64,000 bases of DNA from a virus: the IMG/VR virus record IMGVR_UViG_3300045988_044010; one strand, given 5' to 3'. The notes under the pieces were generated by a model. That model ran no database searches. It was not told the origin of the DNA and worked only from the letters and a program-made list of their open reading frames with translations. Every line of letters begins with the position of its first letter. Positions within the stretch are counted from its first letter, which is position 1. Both the position numbers and the translations under genes were made by a program. Below are positions 24,268 through 40,400 of the stretch, in pieces.

Positions 24268-26456
24268 TGAAAAAAAAGAATAAGATAAATAAATACCAAA
24301 CGGGCGGGTATAATTTTAATAGTGATTATATAAAGTCAAGATACTAGAATATTACTAGTAATCCTTTGCGACCTATTAGTCCTGCAATGTCTGCACAAGT
24401 TCCATAGAAACTATCAGGAAATCCTATACAGACACAACCATATAATCCTAGTACAAGTACTAATATCATGGGAGTAGCTGGTAATATGATAAGTGGAGCA
24501 GGTGATATGTTAACTCTAGTAGGAGGTAATTCTAATGCTGCTACTGGAGGTGAGGCTGCTAAAGAATCTGTATAGAGTGTATTCAAGGGAGCTGCCACTG
24601 GAGCTAAAATGGGAGCTGAATTAGGACCTGTTGGAGCCGTTGTTGGTGGAATAGGTGGAGCTGTAGTTGGTTCCATAGGTAAAAGTGGTAAAGTACAAGT
24701 AAACGGATTCTATGAAGATCCTACTCTTACATTAGGTACTGGATTTAAAGGAGCTGTATAGAACAAAGGTCTTAGAGAAAAGTACAGAAGAGAAAAAGAA
24801 AGAGTACTGGGTAATAGATTTGCATTGCAAAATAGTGCATTATTGAATGCTGATTGGAATGAAACATATGATCAGTATGTAGATACTATGGCATATGGAG
24901 GTACTACTTCTAGTCTGGCTTATGTAGATGATGGTGAGCTTATTAATACTCCAGATGGTAACATATTAGAAGTACCAGAAGAAGGTAAACCTACAGATAG
25001 TAATTTAGTAAATATTCCGGAAGGCAGTAGAATATTAAGTGATACTTTGAAAGTGCCCGGAAGTAAAGAAACATTTGCACAAATGGGTAAAAGAATGATG
25101 TCTAAAAAGAAAAGTAAAGGCAAAGACAAATATGCTGAGAATTCAGCTAAATTGAATTAGATGAATGATCAAATGATTCATGATCAATTATTTAACCTAC
25201 AAGAATCTATAAAGAGTTCTAAAAATCAATCTATAGACAAGTTTAAGGATGGTGGAACTAAACGAGGCTTCAGATATAGAGATAATTCTGGAAAAGAATA
25301 TGATTATCAAATAGGTGATACATTTGATTATAAAGGAAGAAAATATAAAGTAACAGATAGAAATAGTGCTGTACCATTAGATGACAAATACTCTGGTTTC
25401 AACGCAAACATGAATCCAGATAATATATTGACTTCTTTATATTAGACAGAAGGATTACCTATTAATTTGCCGAATGTAGATGCTTCAGCATCAGCCATTG
25501 CCGCCAATAGAATAGCTAGAAGACCTAGAGCAAAGATGGTAGATACTGTTAATAACGAATTAGATCTTAGTAATGAGGCTATAGATAGACTAGGAACAGA
25601 GAGAATACCTACAAGCTACTCAGCGTCTCCCACTCGTAAAAGAACAGTATCAAGTGCTACTGCTGTACCTACTGCTACTAGATCTACTAGAACCAATGCA
25701 ACTACTACTGATCTACCACTAATAGATAATGCATTAGATTTAAGTGCAGAATACCCTTCTAGACTTGGACAGGAAACAATTTATACTACTCCTTCTACAG
25801 TATCATCTGAAGTACCAGAAGCAGGTTCTACAAGGAGCCCACGTATCAGAAATAGTTTTGATTGGAGAAAATTAGGTCAAGGATTGACAGATTTAGCAGC
25901 TTTAACTCCAGTATTATCTAACCTAGGAACTACCGCAGAAAGTTTTGATACAGTATATAATCCATACTCTAGTCAAATACTTAGTACTATGGCTGGTAGA
26001 AAATATGATATTACTCCAGCTAGAAGAGCTATCAGAGAGAACAGAGCTATATCAAACTACAATGCTTCTCAATCTAATACAAATACAGGAGCTAGTATGG
26101 CTTATAGATTACAAAGTCAGGTAGCTGCAGATAAAGCTATAGCAGATTTATATTCACAGAAGAGTAATATTGAGAATCAATATAAAGGAGAATACGCAAA
26201 TACTCTCAATAACTTAGGACAGCAATTTGTATCTGCTCGTAACATGTCTACTGATCTGAATGCTAGAAGTAGAGCAGCAGCTAGAAATATTAACAGAGAA
26301 GCTTTATCACAGATAAGTAACTACGCACAGAATAGAAGATTAATGAATAATCAAAAGTATAGAGATATGGCTATGTTGGATGCATACGCTCCTTTCTTAG
26401 AATCTATATATAAGACAGAAGATTATTCTAACTTAATGAGTAAATTTAGAAGATAA
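24267..26456 (+). CDS. Gly-rich internal/ejection-type virion protein
   Basis: ATG 24267 is joined to ORFs 24825, 25161 and 25467 (frame 0) through TAGs. TAA stop. The minus-strand ORF 24344..24676 is its shadow. Confidence 0.65.
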
Positions 26457-26457
26457 T

Positions 26458-28416
26458 ATGGCAGCAAATATGTACGATCAAGCCGCATAGGCTTAGTTTA
26501 TTAATACTTATGCTCCAATTAATTTTGGAGAATTGTTTAGAATTGGTGCAGCGCAGAAAGAAGAAATGGATAGAGCTGCCCAACAATTTGGAGCATAGTT
26601 ATAGAAGTTTGGAGAATTTAGATCACCGTCTGCTGTAGATACTCAAAGATATTATGATCTTACTACTGGTAGACAGGATATACAAGATGCTATAAATCAA
26701 ATGGTATCCAACCCAGATGCTTTGAAGGATGCTTCCTTTAGATCTAGCTTACAGTCGTTAATTAATAATGTAGATTATTCTTCATTAAGTAAGCTAAAAC
26801 AGAGTGCTGAAAATCTGGATGCTAGACAGAAGATGATAGCTCAGATGAGGGCTGCTGGTAAATATAATTAGAATTGGGATGATATAAATATAGGAGAATG
26901 GAATACTTTAGAAGGTGGTATTATGACAGATCTTGCTCCTATAGAGTATTTAACAGCTAACGCACTGAGTAACGCATACTTTGATAACTTAAAACCCAGT
27001 ACACTTAGTCCTGTATATAAAGATGGAGTAAAATATCAAAGACAAGGCATTACCTATGATACTTTGAAAGGTATAGCAGACGCTAGATTCAATGACTTAA
27101 TCAGAACTCCACAAGGTCAAAAGTATTATGAAGATGCATTAAGATCTGCTAACGGTAATGAAGATATAGCTAGAGAAGCATTTACTACCATGATAGCTGA
27201 TTCTCAGAGAGATAGAATAGTAGAACAAGAAACTGTAGATCCATATTGGTTAGCTCAAGCTAAACATTCAATGACAAGATCAGGTAGTACTGAGATAGTT
27301 AGACCTCAACCTACAAGACTTGATTTTCTTAATGATACCATGTATAAGTCTGTTAAGAATAAGGTAGGAGCTAGATTAGATACTGGTTATAGGGATTACA
27401 TACAAAGTCTTATCACTAAATACCCTAATACCAAAATAGCAGAAGATGCTAAGAAGGGATTAGCAAATATAGATAATATGACTGACAAAATGGTACAGTT
27501 AGGAGAAATGGCTAATTTATATGCTAAGAGATATGAAGCTACTGGTAGTGATCAAGATTTTATCAATTACAATACAGCTTTTAATATGGCAAGAGACTAT
27601 CAAAATAGATTACTACAACAAGGAAATAAATATGTATTAAGAAATGAGTTTCAAAATGTTGCTGGATTTTCTCCAATATCTGTATCTACTAATAAAGAAT
27701 TTAATACAGAGAAATATTTATCTGGTATAAATTCAGCATTAGATGTTATTAAAGGTAAAATAGGTATTACTAAGGATGATGAGTTATTAACTGCAGTAGG
27801 AGGAAGACCATCTACAGTGGTAAATGATAATGGTACTACTAACGAAATATTTAACTTTGATTCTAGTAATGGTTTCTTAATGCCTGAAACTGTATTCAAT
27901 ATAGCAGCAGATGTGAAACCTAGAGAAATTAAAAGAGCTGCTGGTACATTTAGAAGTGGAGACTTCCCTTTGAAAGAATTAGTAGAAGGCGGGAAGCTTA
28001 AGGATGTACAATTCAAACCAGATAATGGAGTTATTAAAATAGGAGATAATTTTGCTTTATCTGGAAAAATAAGAATACCCAAGGATGAAATAACTAGGTA
28101 TATCAGTACCGGCATATTCTCATTACCTAGAGGAAAGCAATACGAAACTACCAACTTCCCAACTACAGTGTAGAGCATTAGATCATCTATAGAAAATTTA
28201 TTTGGTGGTAGAAAGGTAACTGAGAAAGTAGGAGAAGACGGAAAAGAATTCTATGAAATTGAAAGTTATAAAGTATTACCTAAGGAAGATATATCCTCAG
28301 AATATTGGCAAAGAGTAAATCAATCTTGGCAAGGAGGAAAATCAGGGCTTGGCGGAGCTTCGTAGGCAAAAGATACTTATATGGATTCAGCAGAACAATT
28401 ATTATCAGGAGTATAA
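26458..28416 (+). CDS. Virion (ejection/cargo-type) protein
   Basis: ATG 26458 is joined to ORF 26923..28173 (frame 1). Read-through of TAG 28171 ends at TAA 28414-28416. Confidence 0.65.
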
Positions 28417-28421
28417 TTAAT

Positions 28422-31400
28422 ATGGCAAAACAAAAAATATATGATCCTAGTTTGATCAGTAGTGTAAGACAAAGAAGTCGTGATTATAGTAACTATCTAT
28501 CTCCCAAAGCGGATTTAGATAGTTATGTTCATACTATGTCAAATATTCCTACATAGGATAGTGCGCCAGATTCATTTGGTGTTTCAGATTATTTGTCTAA
28601 TGCATTCTATGATTGGAATCTTACTAGAAATGAAACTAATAAAGATACTGCTTTAGGTGAGTATGTCTTTCTACAAAAAGACTATGATATACTAACAGGA
28701 GCTCAATAGTACTTAGAAGGGGTAAAGAATGTTCTTTAGTTACGCAAAGCTATGGATACGGATCCTAATGCTAACACTCCAGAAAATAAACAGTTACTAA
28801 GAGAAGAATCTATCAAAGTATAGAACAATAAAGTTAATTATGACAAATTATTAGCTAAAGACTTTAATGATCAAGCTGTTCGTGATAATATATTTCCTGA
28901 AAGATTTGCTGGTAGACCTATAGACTTACAGATAGAGATCATACAAACTGTACTAGGTGATGGTGAAATAGATAGACAAGGTGTAATAGCTAGAAGAGAC
29001 GATGCTTTAAAGAAAGCTGAGAAATATAAAAAATTTGCAGAATATTGGCAAAGTAAAATGACATCTCAATATTATAGTGATAAGAAGAATTCTCCCGGTA
29101 TGGATCTAACGGATATAGACACGTATCTGTATAAACTACCGGGTCTTTTAGGTTCATCTGCTTCTAGCGCTGGCTCCTAGTTAATAGGTACTCTTGGTGC
29201 TATGTTTAGTACAAGAGGAGCAGGTGGTGTTATGGGTACTTTAGGCTCATTGACTGCGTTTGTAACAGGAAATGTGTACGCAAGAGATCAAGAATCTAAA
29301 GCTGAAGTATATCAAAACTATAAGTAGAATGTAATGAATTCTGCTAAAAAAGATGGTATAGACAAATAGGTACTTAAAGATGCTAAATCTCAAATGCAAG
29401 AAATGGGTTATACACAAGAACAAATAGATAATGATGATTTTGTGTATGAACAAATATTGTCTAATAAAGTAAAGGTAAATAACAATTCTTTAAACCGTAT
29501 AAGACTTAATAAAATGGATGGTTTAAAGTCTCTTTATACAGACAATATGGCTTTATCTGGAAGTGATATAGTTCAGACAGTACTAGAAGTAACTCCATTG
29601 GGTCCTATAGCTAAAAAAGTAAGAGGATTATCGTCTTTAAAAAAACTTGCTAACAGCAAATATGGTAAAACAGCTTAGGTAATTGCTAGTAAAACTGGAA
29701 ATCTTAAACAACAGTTAGCAGATAGAATTGACGATGTTGTAGCATTTGGCATAGAGAGTATAGACAAATTACCTAGACTTACTAGAAGAAAGGCAATAAA
29801 AGACATAGCTGGTAGAATTGTAATAACATCGGCTTTAGAAGGAGCAGAGGAAGGAGTTCAGTATATAAAAGGTCAAAGATATATAGATGGAGATTTTGAG
29901 TCTGATCCTAATCTGATCAGTAGCTACGTACGTAATTTAGGTACTGGCGCTAGATCTGTATTTGCTGCTATTACTCCATGGGATCCAGTATATTCAGATG
30001 ACTAGGAGTTTATGGAGAACTTTAAAGGTGGTGCTCTATTAGGCGGTTTGATGACTTCTGTAATAGGTACTGCAACTAGTATTAAACCTTTAAATGATCA
30101 GATATCTGGTGATAGATTCTTAGCTGCTTTATATGCAGATAGAGAGGCATAGAAAGATCAAGTTCGTAAGAACATACTATATGGTTCTAAGATAAGAGAA
30201 GGTAAATGGAATACTGTTGAAACAGCGTTTGATAATCTTGTTAACTCTAAAATAGATGGTATAGATGTAGCTGAAATCTAGGAAGAACAGAAAAGAGCTA
30301 GATAGATGTATAATATATTTACCTCTAATAGAACTGTAGCACAAGCTCAACAGTTAGACATAGATCCAAGAACCGAAGATTATGATATATTTGTAGCTTT
30401 AAAAGATCACCACGATCAGCAAGTAAGAGATGCTAGAGCTACTGCTACTGAACACAGAAGTGAAGCTGATAATTTACTGTATAGTCCTCAAGTATAGGAA
30501 TACATTGAGAAACTTAATATAAAAGATATAGATCAAGTATCTACTATGAGAAGCGCTATAGCAGCTAAAATTCAACTTGATACTATGTTCCAGTTATATA
30601 ACGAGTTTGAAAATAAACAAAAGACTAAACTAGAGTAGATACAAAAACATACTGGTACTAAAACATCAAAAGCAGATGTAGTACAGTTTGCTGGAATGCT
30701 TAACAAAGATATTAAATCATTCTAGGAACAGTATGAGAATCTGAAAAAACAGGTTACAGCTCTGGGTATCAAGGAAGAAGATTTAGAGGTTCCATCATTG
30801 CATCAAGATTTAAAAGAAGCTTATGAGAAAGTTATAGCTTCTGAATTAGATCTTAGACGAGCTGAAATGGAACAAACTATTATGGAATCCACAGATAAAG
30901 AAGCCATATAGGCTAAGATAAATAAGTGGAAAGATGTAGAGGATGCTAGTAATAAGTTTATGTAGCGTCTGGATGACTTATACTCAGGTAAAACAGAAAA
31001 GCAGAATGAACAAGATTCTGAAGATGTCAAACCTGAAGTGTATGAGCAATCACCAGAACCAGTACCTTCTACTATAGAGGATGAGGTTAAAGAACCCACT
31101 GATATTTCTGATAAAAGAAAATAGATAGTTTAGAACAGAGAATAGTATTTTACTCAGGAAAGAGATTCTAGAGGAAGTAATAAATTTGTTTTAAATCCAG
31201 ACAATACATTTGGTGATGCCTATAAAAATGCTAATATAAAACTTCAGCAGTCATATAAATTATTATTCCCAAATACAAAAAACTATTCTGACAATGCTGC
31301 ACAATCTAGGTTAGCATCTTCTAATCGTCATGGTGAAGTAGCTGATGCTTGGGAAGAGGTGTATAATCTTCGTAATCAATTAGAAGAAGAAGTAGGAGAA

Positions 31401-34400
31401 AATGGAGCAACACCTAAAGCAGAAGAATTAGCCAAAGCGTTAACTCAAAAATCTAATCAATTAATAGATAAAGCTAAGGAATCAGTAGAAATGTGGGAAG
31501 CATATAGTGATTTTATAAGCTCTGGAGAATACTATATTCATCAGCAATTAGAGAGAATTAAGGATAAACAACATAAATTAACTGAACAACAGAATGATGT
31601 AACTCCTACTAAAGTTCAAGAAGCTCCGAGTACTATTCCAGTACAAGATAAAACAAAGACAGAGCCAGCCCAAGTTGAAGATATGCCCACATTAGGTTCT
31701 ATACTGAGAGGTTTGATTAGTGAAGAAGATGCTAAAGTGATAGACTAGGCAGTAGAACCAGAAGTACCAACAGAACAAGTGACAGTACCTATAGAAGAAC
31801 CAATAACTGATAGTGATAACGATAAGGTGGCTCCTTTAACATATGATCAACAATTAGATCCATATTCTCATGAATTAAACTACCGTTTAAGTAGAATTAC
31901 ACAAGACAAAGATGGTAATTGGACTGTAGTAACTTATAATAAATTCCAAGGTATGGAAGAATACCTTAATAATAAGGAATTTTCAGAAATAAGCGCAGCA
32001 CCAGATTTTGTATCTGAAGTTACTAAAAACGGAGTACACTTTGAAGTACGACCATATACTGATGAAAATGGAGTTACGTCTGATGCTATATATGCAATAT
32101 TTAAATATAAAGATAAAGAATATGTAGCTTCTGTTAGAACAGAGAAAGGTTTAGCAGCTAAAAGAGGTGGTAGATTTAACAGATTACCTTATGAGCAACA
32201 ATAGTATATTAAGGAGAATTTGCAAAATCTCAGAAACAAAATACTTGAATTGAACAAACAAGTAAAACTTGATGCAGATTTATAGATAGTTCCAACATTT
32301 ATAAGAACTACTTCAGGTAGTATTGTGAATGAAGTAAATGCTGATGGAACCCCTAAGAATAGAAATATAATTGACTCTGCTTGGTAGAAAGTAAAGGATC
32401 CGTATTAGATTAATCCAAGTAATACTGAGATGGGTATTAGCACTGGACCTAAAGGTAAATCTATTATCCGTCTTAAAGATAGAGTATTATCATATAATGG
32501 TAAGTCTATGGGTAAACCATTCTGGATTATAAAAGCTCCTAATTCAGAAGGTGCAATGATAGATAAACCAATTCAGCTTAATTACAAGTACTTTAAAGAC
32601 CAACCTAAAGTAGCTGATCTAATATTAGATTTAGTAACCAGTAATGATCAATTTTACACAGATGCTAATGGAGTACAAACTTCTATTAATCCAAAATAGC
32701 TGTTGCACTTTATAGTTAACTTTGGTTCACATACTGCTACTAATCCTGAAGACACTAGATTAAATAATGAACAAATTCAATAGAGACTTAAAAAACAATT
32801 CTATATTGATGATAATAATAATGTAGTAATTGGTACTACTACATACAGTATAAGTGATCTATTAACTGACAAGAATATAAGAGAGCAAGCCAAACAGTAC
32901 ATAATGGACAATTTCCATTATGCTATTGATGAAGATGGTCTTAATAAAAATTGGTTAGGTGGAGATTTACAGAATGAAAACAGGGATCCTCACTTTGAAT
33001 CATTGCACTCTTTTTTCAAGAACAGCAATGTAGATAAATTGGTTATTGTTCCCGGAGAAATAGAATTTACTCCTAAAGATTTTGGTATAGAATATTAGGA
33101 TGGTAAGAGAGTTGTATCAAAAACTAATCCAAATGGTATAAGCGTATTAGGCTGGTATATCAAACAAGGTATACTTATGACTGATATTGCTGATACTTTA
33201 CAAGATGCTAACATATATGTAGATGATGTTACTATCCAAAGTAAGTCATAGAGGTCTGAACAGCAACAGGCTCAGCAACATATCAGTGAGGCTGTAGAAA
33301 GGGACTTTAGAAAAGAAAGTATCAGTTATACTGATGAGCAAGGTAATCAATAGAAACTTGATCTTGGTGAAATCTATAAGATATTAGATGGAAAGAAACG
33401 TGGTCCTAATATGACTGTAGAAGATTCTGTTAAAGACGGAATATGGTATAATGCTACAGAAAAGATGGATGTAGATCAAGCTAAACAGTGGATAGAAAAA
33501 ACTCTTGGCATTACTCCAGAAATAACCAATTATGTTATAGATGTTACGGAAGCAGGTCAAAGTGTAGTAGGTAGAGTAACTGTAGATTCTATTAAATTGT
33601 ATAATGATGCTCCAAAAGGAGTAGAATTTCATGAGGCTTGGCATAGAGTATCTCAGCTATGCATAGATGAAAAACATAGAAGAAAGATATATGATAGATA
33701 TAAGAAGAAGAGCAAGTCAAATCTCTCTGATGCGGCTATAGATGAAATCTTAGCAGAACAGTTCAGAGAATTTATGTTAAATGATGCTGCTAAATATGAT
33801 TTTGATACAAAGAATTGGTTTAGACGTATATTGAACTTTATTAAACTATGGGCTAGAACTGGTCAATATGCTTTAGCTAAAATATATGCAGACATTAATA
33901 GAGGTAAATATTACGGTATAAAACCTAATGAGGCTAATGTAGAAAGATTTAAATCAATATACAGTGACGAAGGTCCAAACTTTGAAGTAAATGGTCACCA
34001 ATTTAAAGCCATTACTAAGACTAAATAGTTTGATGATATAGTAAAAAGTCTCACTTATGCTTTCTTCCAATGTTCTTTTGTAGAAGGTAAATCTATTGAT
34101 TATACTGATATTAATCCAAAAGATTATAGTTTTGAAAGACTTAAATTAATAGTAGAAGCTTAGAAAAACAAGTTTCCTTCTGAAGCTCTTACTGAAATAT
34201 ATGACAACTTTGATAATATATTTGCTCCAGCTATAGCCTCTAAACTTAAATCATTAAATATAAGAACTATAGATAATGATAATGTTACAGCTAAAGAAGA
34301 GGGTGAAGAAGGAATAGATATAGGACAGCATACAGTAGAAGGGATGAATATATCTATTAAAGACAACGCCCCTGCTGAAGTTAAATTCTTCTTCTAGACT

Positions 34401-37400
34401 ATACCAATGAGACAAAGGAATGCCGATGGTTCATATTCAGCTAAGATAGATGCAGTTACCAAATTTCCTAGTTTTGTAGATTCTAATACTGCTTGGAATA
34501 ATGTACTAAAAGATTTAGCAGGGTGTAGAACTATTGCCAATATTATGGATAGAATAGTTCTACTGTCTCAAAATGATCAATTCTATGCATCGTTGTTGAT
34601 AAAGTTCGCAGATTTAGTTCAAAGATCTACTAATTCAGATCCTAATGTTGCTATAAACGCGGAAGCTATGTTAACTAAGTTAGAAACTGTGATTACTTCT
34701 GATATAAACAACTATGTTACTGCAAAAATATCATAGGATGAAGCCGGAATGACTACTATGAAATTAACAGACAATACTGTTGATATGAAAGCTATGCAAT
34801 ATCCTAAAGTGTGGTCTAGGAATATGTTTGAAAATTCTGGCATATTTAAATATAATGAGGATGGTATAGTAGTTGCACAGGATAACGCTAAGAGCAAAAT
34901 AAACACAGTTCTTAATGCCCTAAGTACGATCAAACAAGCATTTGTAAATAATAAGGGTATTATACGTACTAAGGATGGTAATTTTGATTTACATGAAATT
35001 CAGAATCAAGAGAGGCTTAAAGATTACATAGTTTCTATATTATAGGAAGTAGGAATTGGGATGGATAAACCTACTATAAATAAGATGTTGTTATCTGGTG
35101 ATTATGGTAATCCTAAGTCTGATCCATATACATTGCTAAACACATTTGTAGTAAATACTGTCAACTTTGGTGGATTAAGTAAAATATCTGATACATTAAA
35201 GATAATTCAAGATGCTATAAAACCTGATAATACTTTGTCTACTATAACAATAAGTGGTAAAGATACATTACCTACACAAATATGGAATGAAGTTGGCTAT
35301 GTTAAAGCATTGGCTAATTATTATGCTTTTGTACATGCTACAGACAAAGGATTAGGTAGTTTAGGTCCAGATGGTAATAGTTATTATATGGTTTCTCAGA
35401 ACAATTTTGCTAAAGACCGAGTAAACGAATTAATAACTGATCCAGAATTGTTCCACAATCTAGAAGCTGTAGTATATAATGAACATTCTATTATACTGAG
35501 TGCAGTAAGAAATGGTAATAAAAATATCCAAGTAGAGACTTTCATTAATTTTAAAGATGAAACTAGTTATGATGCTGGTAGAGATTACTTTAATATAACT
35601 CAAAGAGAAGACTACCTTGCAAAAATGACTGCTATCTTTAATGACAGAATAATATTCCCTACAGTAGCAGATAAGAAGACATATCATTTCATTAGAGGAA
35701 TTAAATTGCCTCACGAAAGAATTAGATTTACTAAAACAGGTAATGGTGTTAACATATTATACGGTGAACAATCGTTAGATACAATTATAGGTTATTGTCA
35801 AGATGAATTAAATCAGATTGAATTGTGTTTAAGACAAATTGACGATGATCCTACTCATTATGATAAAGATAAGAATATCCACTATAATGCTGATGGAACT
35901 ATAAACAACGACTGGTTGGATCCTTCTCGCAGAATTAAGAACTTTCATACTCCTAATGAATATAAGTATACAGATGATAAAGGTACAGAGCATACTGTAA
36001 TGTTAGAAGGTAACGGATCTAGATTCTTATTCTTAACCGGAGTATATGTTAATGGGAAGTTCATAGATTTTAACGATCCATCTAAATCTGCTATAGAAAA
36101 TTTATAGACTGCTAAAGATTATTTCTTTAATGCTCCTATTGATACTCAGAAACAATTGATAAGTGGACTGATCAATAGAAGAATGAAGGATGAATTAAAG
36201 ACAGCTAGAGATTTAGGGCTTATAGAAATTAATGAAAATCTAGATATCTGGAGTATTAGAAACAAACTATTAGATGATAATGTGCTTGCAGAAAGACAAC
36301 AAGCGTATGAATCATTGGATGCTAATAATGCAGAAGGCTATGCAATATTTGATATGCTTGCAGATTATACTATTAATAGTATTATATCTGTAAGTGAAAT
36401 AGAGAAAATATTCAATGGAGCACCTGCTTACTATAAAGTAAAATATGACAGAACCGGTATATTAGACTTATCTGTAGATAAGATTAAACGTCTTGGTTCA
36501 TTAACTTCTACTGGTACTAATAATAGGTTAGACTTCTTCAGTAATGATCCTATGAGAGAAGAATACGTAGTAGCTGAACTCAAAGATCATGAAATCCAAA
36601 GTAAACAATATTATACATATCGTAATCTATTTACTTTAGGTAATATAAAAGAAACCATTCAAGAAATGAATGGTGAAGAGGCTTGGAATGAAGTTAAGGA
36701 TCTATCTATACAAGAAATAGAGAAACAATATCCAGAAGAAGTAAAAATAGCCAAACAAGCTGCTGAAGTAGAAGTTAGAGGTTATAAAGAGGGAATAAAC
36801 GTAGCTGACGCTGCTGTTTACATAAGTCCTATAATGACCAGAGATCTTCTTAGAATGCGTGGACAGTGGAGCCCTGAAATAAAAGAAGCTTTCGATATAC
36901 TTATGAATGAAGATACTGCTGAACAGTGGGATTCTAATCCTGAGTTATATGCGAGAGCTAATAAGGTAATACTTAATGCTATGAAGTATATGGCATTTGG
37001 TACGAGATTTAATGAAATTCCCGGTTTAGGAATACCTTATTTTAATAAAATGGCTTTGTTCCCATTATTTAAATCTGTAGCTACTGGAGATATAAGAGCT
37101 TTGTATGATAGGATGATGGATGAAGATCCTAACAGGAGAATTGATATGGTTATGTTTGATTCTGCTGTTAAGGCTGGATCTAGAGCACCAATGAAAGCAT
37201 ACAGAGCTGCTAAAGACAGTGAAATAGAGTTAAAAGATGGACAGACTGTATTATCGGCTCATTTAACAGATCAATTACAAAGTGGAGAAGGTAATACTCT
37301 GAATGACTTTAATAACCTAGTTACATATACTTAGAAGTTTAAATACTTACGTCAACAGTTGGCTACAGATCCTCATATTCACGAGGAAACTATGGCTGGT

Positions 37401-40400
37401 ACACAGTTTATGAAAGTTAATCTATCTAACATACGTATGAATGATATGTATGGTAAAGAAGGAGAACAAGTATCTGGACAAACTATTAAGGACACAGTAA
37501 TGAATGCTCTAAATAGATTGTCTGATATAGGTAAAGCTAAACTACAAGGTCAACTATTTACTGAAGACGGTTAGGTAAATATAACAGCATTAGGAGAAAT
37601 GCTTACTGCTGATGCAAGAGAATCTGATGCCAATGATAATATTATCTCTGGTTTAAATACTAAAAATAATGCGTTTACTATACCATTGTCGGCATTATCT
37701 GACAATAAATGGTTGGAAAGCAGATTCATTTCTATGATCAACAAAGAAGTGATTGACGTACACATGCCAGGAGGTGCGTTTATTCAGCGTTCAGCATTTG
37801 GACTAGAAGCTACTAGTAAGAATGTTATTACTCCTAGTATGATAAATGATGGTAGAGCTTTAAAGGCTATAAATGAAGAAGGTTCTATGGATGCAGTAGT
37901 AAGTATAAATCTATTTAAGCACTTTATACCTGACTACAAAAAAATGACATTCAGACAAGCTAGACAATGGCTTATTGATCACGATATAATAGGACAAAAA
38001 GCTACTGCTAATTCTATAGGTTATCGTATTCCTACACAGTCAATTGCTTCTATATCTCCACTTAGATTTGTAGACGTATTCCCTGAAATAATGGGAGACA
38101 CAATCATGCTTCCAGAAGACTTTACGAAGTTAACTGGTTCTGACTTTGATATTGATAAACTATATGTAGCCAGATTCTCATATAACAAAGATGGTGTAAA
38201 GATAAACCACGATATAGCTAATAGTACAGAACAGGTTGCAAATGCCATTAAGAACGAAATGCTTGATGCATACATGAAAGTATTACTTACTAAAGATAAT
38301 ACCAATTCTCTCAAACTTTCTATTGATAATGCTACTGAGAATACAAAGGAAGTACTTAAAGATATAGAAAGTAATAGAGAAGTGCATCATGTACAACCAT
38401 TTGAAGTATATACTCCTTCATATCAAGAAGCTAGAAAAGCAGAATATACTGGAGGTAAAGCAGGTATTGGACCATTTGCATTGAATAATGCTCATCATAT
38501 TCTTACTTAGTTAGTAGGTTTAAAGATGGAAAGTAATGCATTTACAGAAGCTATGAAGATTGTAGATCTTGGTAGAATATACGATTATCCTACAGTAGGT
38601 ACTAAAAAGGGTGGTAGAATATTAGATTGGTTATCTGCTATGATTAATGGTTTTGTTGATATAGCTAAGGACCCATATATTGTACGTCTTAATGTAAACG
38701 CTTGGACATATAACATGGTATCCTTTTTACTACGTACAGGTAAAGGTAAATGGGCATTCTATTTTGTAGGTCAACCTATATTGAAAGAAATGGCAGAAGA
38801 AGTTCTTAAAACTAAAGGAAAATATGGTGTAGATAGAACTAAGTCACCATCGCAACTTGAGAAAGAAGCAATAGAATCTGTACTTGACAAATACGATCCA
38901 ACTGGTTCTTATAGGAAGGAATTCCAATATATTAATTCTAAACCAGAATTGAAAGCTAATGCTTATAAGAACTTGTTTGAAACATTTTTTGATGAAGATG
39001 GAAAAGAAACTAGCTATTGTAGAGAGTTATTGTTGAATAATGGAGCATACAATTATTTGAATAAGAGACAAGTAGGTATATATTACGCTTGGCTTGCTCT
39101 TAAACCATATGCTGATGATCTAGCTAATCTAGTAAAGTACTCCAAGATAGATACTAAAAAAACTGGTAAAACGTTTGCAGAACAACAAATATATTATAAT
39201 GGTATGCAAGATCTAGCAGAAGAGAGTCACTTTGCTCCGGGAGAGGTAAGACGTTTTTATGATGAAACTTTTATAGCTAGAAAAACAGAAAATAGTATTC
39301 CATTTGGATCTTCTATATTTAGGAATTTACTATTTAGAAATACTGATACCTTTATTAGCTAGTATAATACTGTATTATCACTTCTTGGTAGAAAAAATAA
39401 CGCAAACTCTAAACTATTAAATCCAATTATATCTGGAATGGAGGCTCAACTGAAAGCTGAATTCTTCAATCAATATGTAGAAGATAATAACATTGATGTA
39501 AAAGGTTTGTTCTACGGTAGAAATAGTATAGCTAAGAGGCTTAATAAGTTCAAAAATATGATATTTAAGGGAGAATATAAATATTTATTGAACGCTGATG
39601 GAACTATAAATAATGATTTCTTAAATTATTTATTACCTAATATAACACATGATGGTTTAGATTTTATTGATACTTCTGAATTATTAAGTTCTGACCAATC
39701 TCAGGCTAATAATCTTATTAATTACTGGAGAGAATTACTGGATGATCCAAATCCAGAGATTAAGAGATTGGCTAGAGATTTAGCAATATATGCTTTTTAC
39801 GTATCAGGGGACAATCCTTCAATGAATTCGTTCTTCCAATATCTTCCAAATAGTTTTAGAAAAGAAATAGGTTACACAGATTATATCCAAGGAAAGTTAG
39901 ATCAACTAGTAAACGGTTCCCAACTGGGGTATAAAAATAAAACTGATTTATTCTTAAACAATTGGACTAACGATAGTTTGGTTAAGCCAGTTAGCATGTA
40001 TAGTGGTAAGAACAATGAATAGCTTAGAGGAGTATACATAAACGATAAAGCCGCTATGCCAAACATAATAATGGGCTAGAGAGTAGGATCAGATAAACCA
40101 GCCATTAGACCTATTAATTGGATTAAAGTAGCTAATCAAGATGGTGTAGAAGAATCTTTCCCGTTATTTCCGCCTTATATTAAATTAAGAGATGGTTTGG
40201 GATTTGGTCCATAGAATTGGCACGTTTATACCATAATTGGTTATAAGTCATTTGTAGAGATACAGCCTAATGGTAAACCCGGTAAAACTGTTTATATACC
40301 TTTATATGGTTTAATATCTAAAAAAGGTTATAAATATAAAGGTCACTCTATAGTAGAGTATGGAAGAGAAACTGCATTTGATTTTAATAAAGAAAATGAA

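Noticed and set aside
24344-24676. Minus-strand ORFs inside the late block (also 395..598, 6351..6830, 27651..28178, 43229..43609, 44660..44977 and others)
   Set aside because: These are antisense shadows of long recoded plus-strand genes. They are low-complexity and do not fit the gene-to-gene packing.
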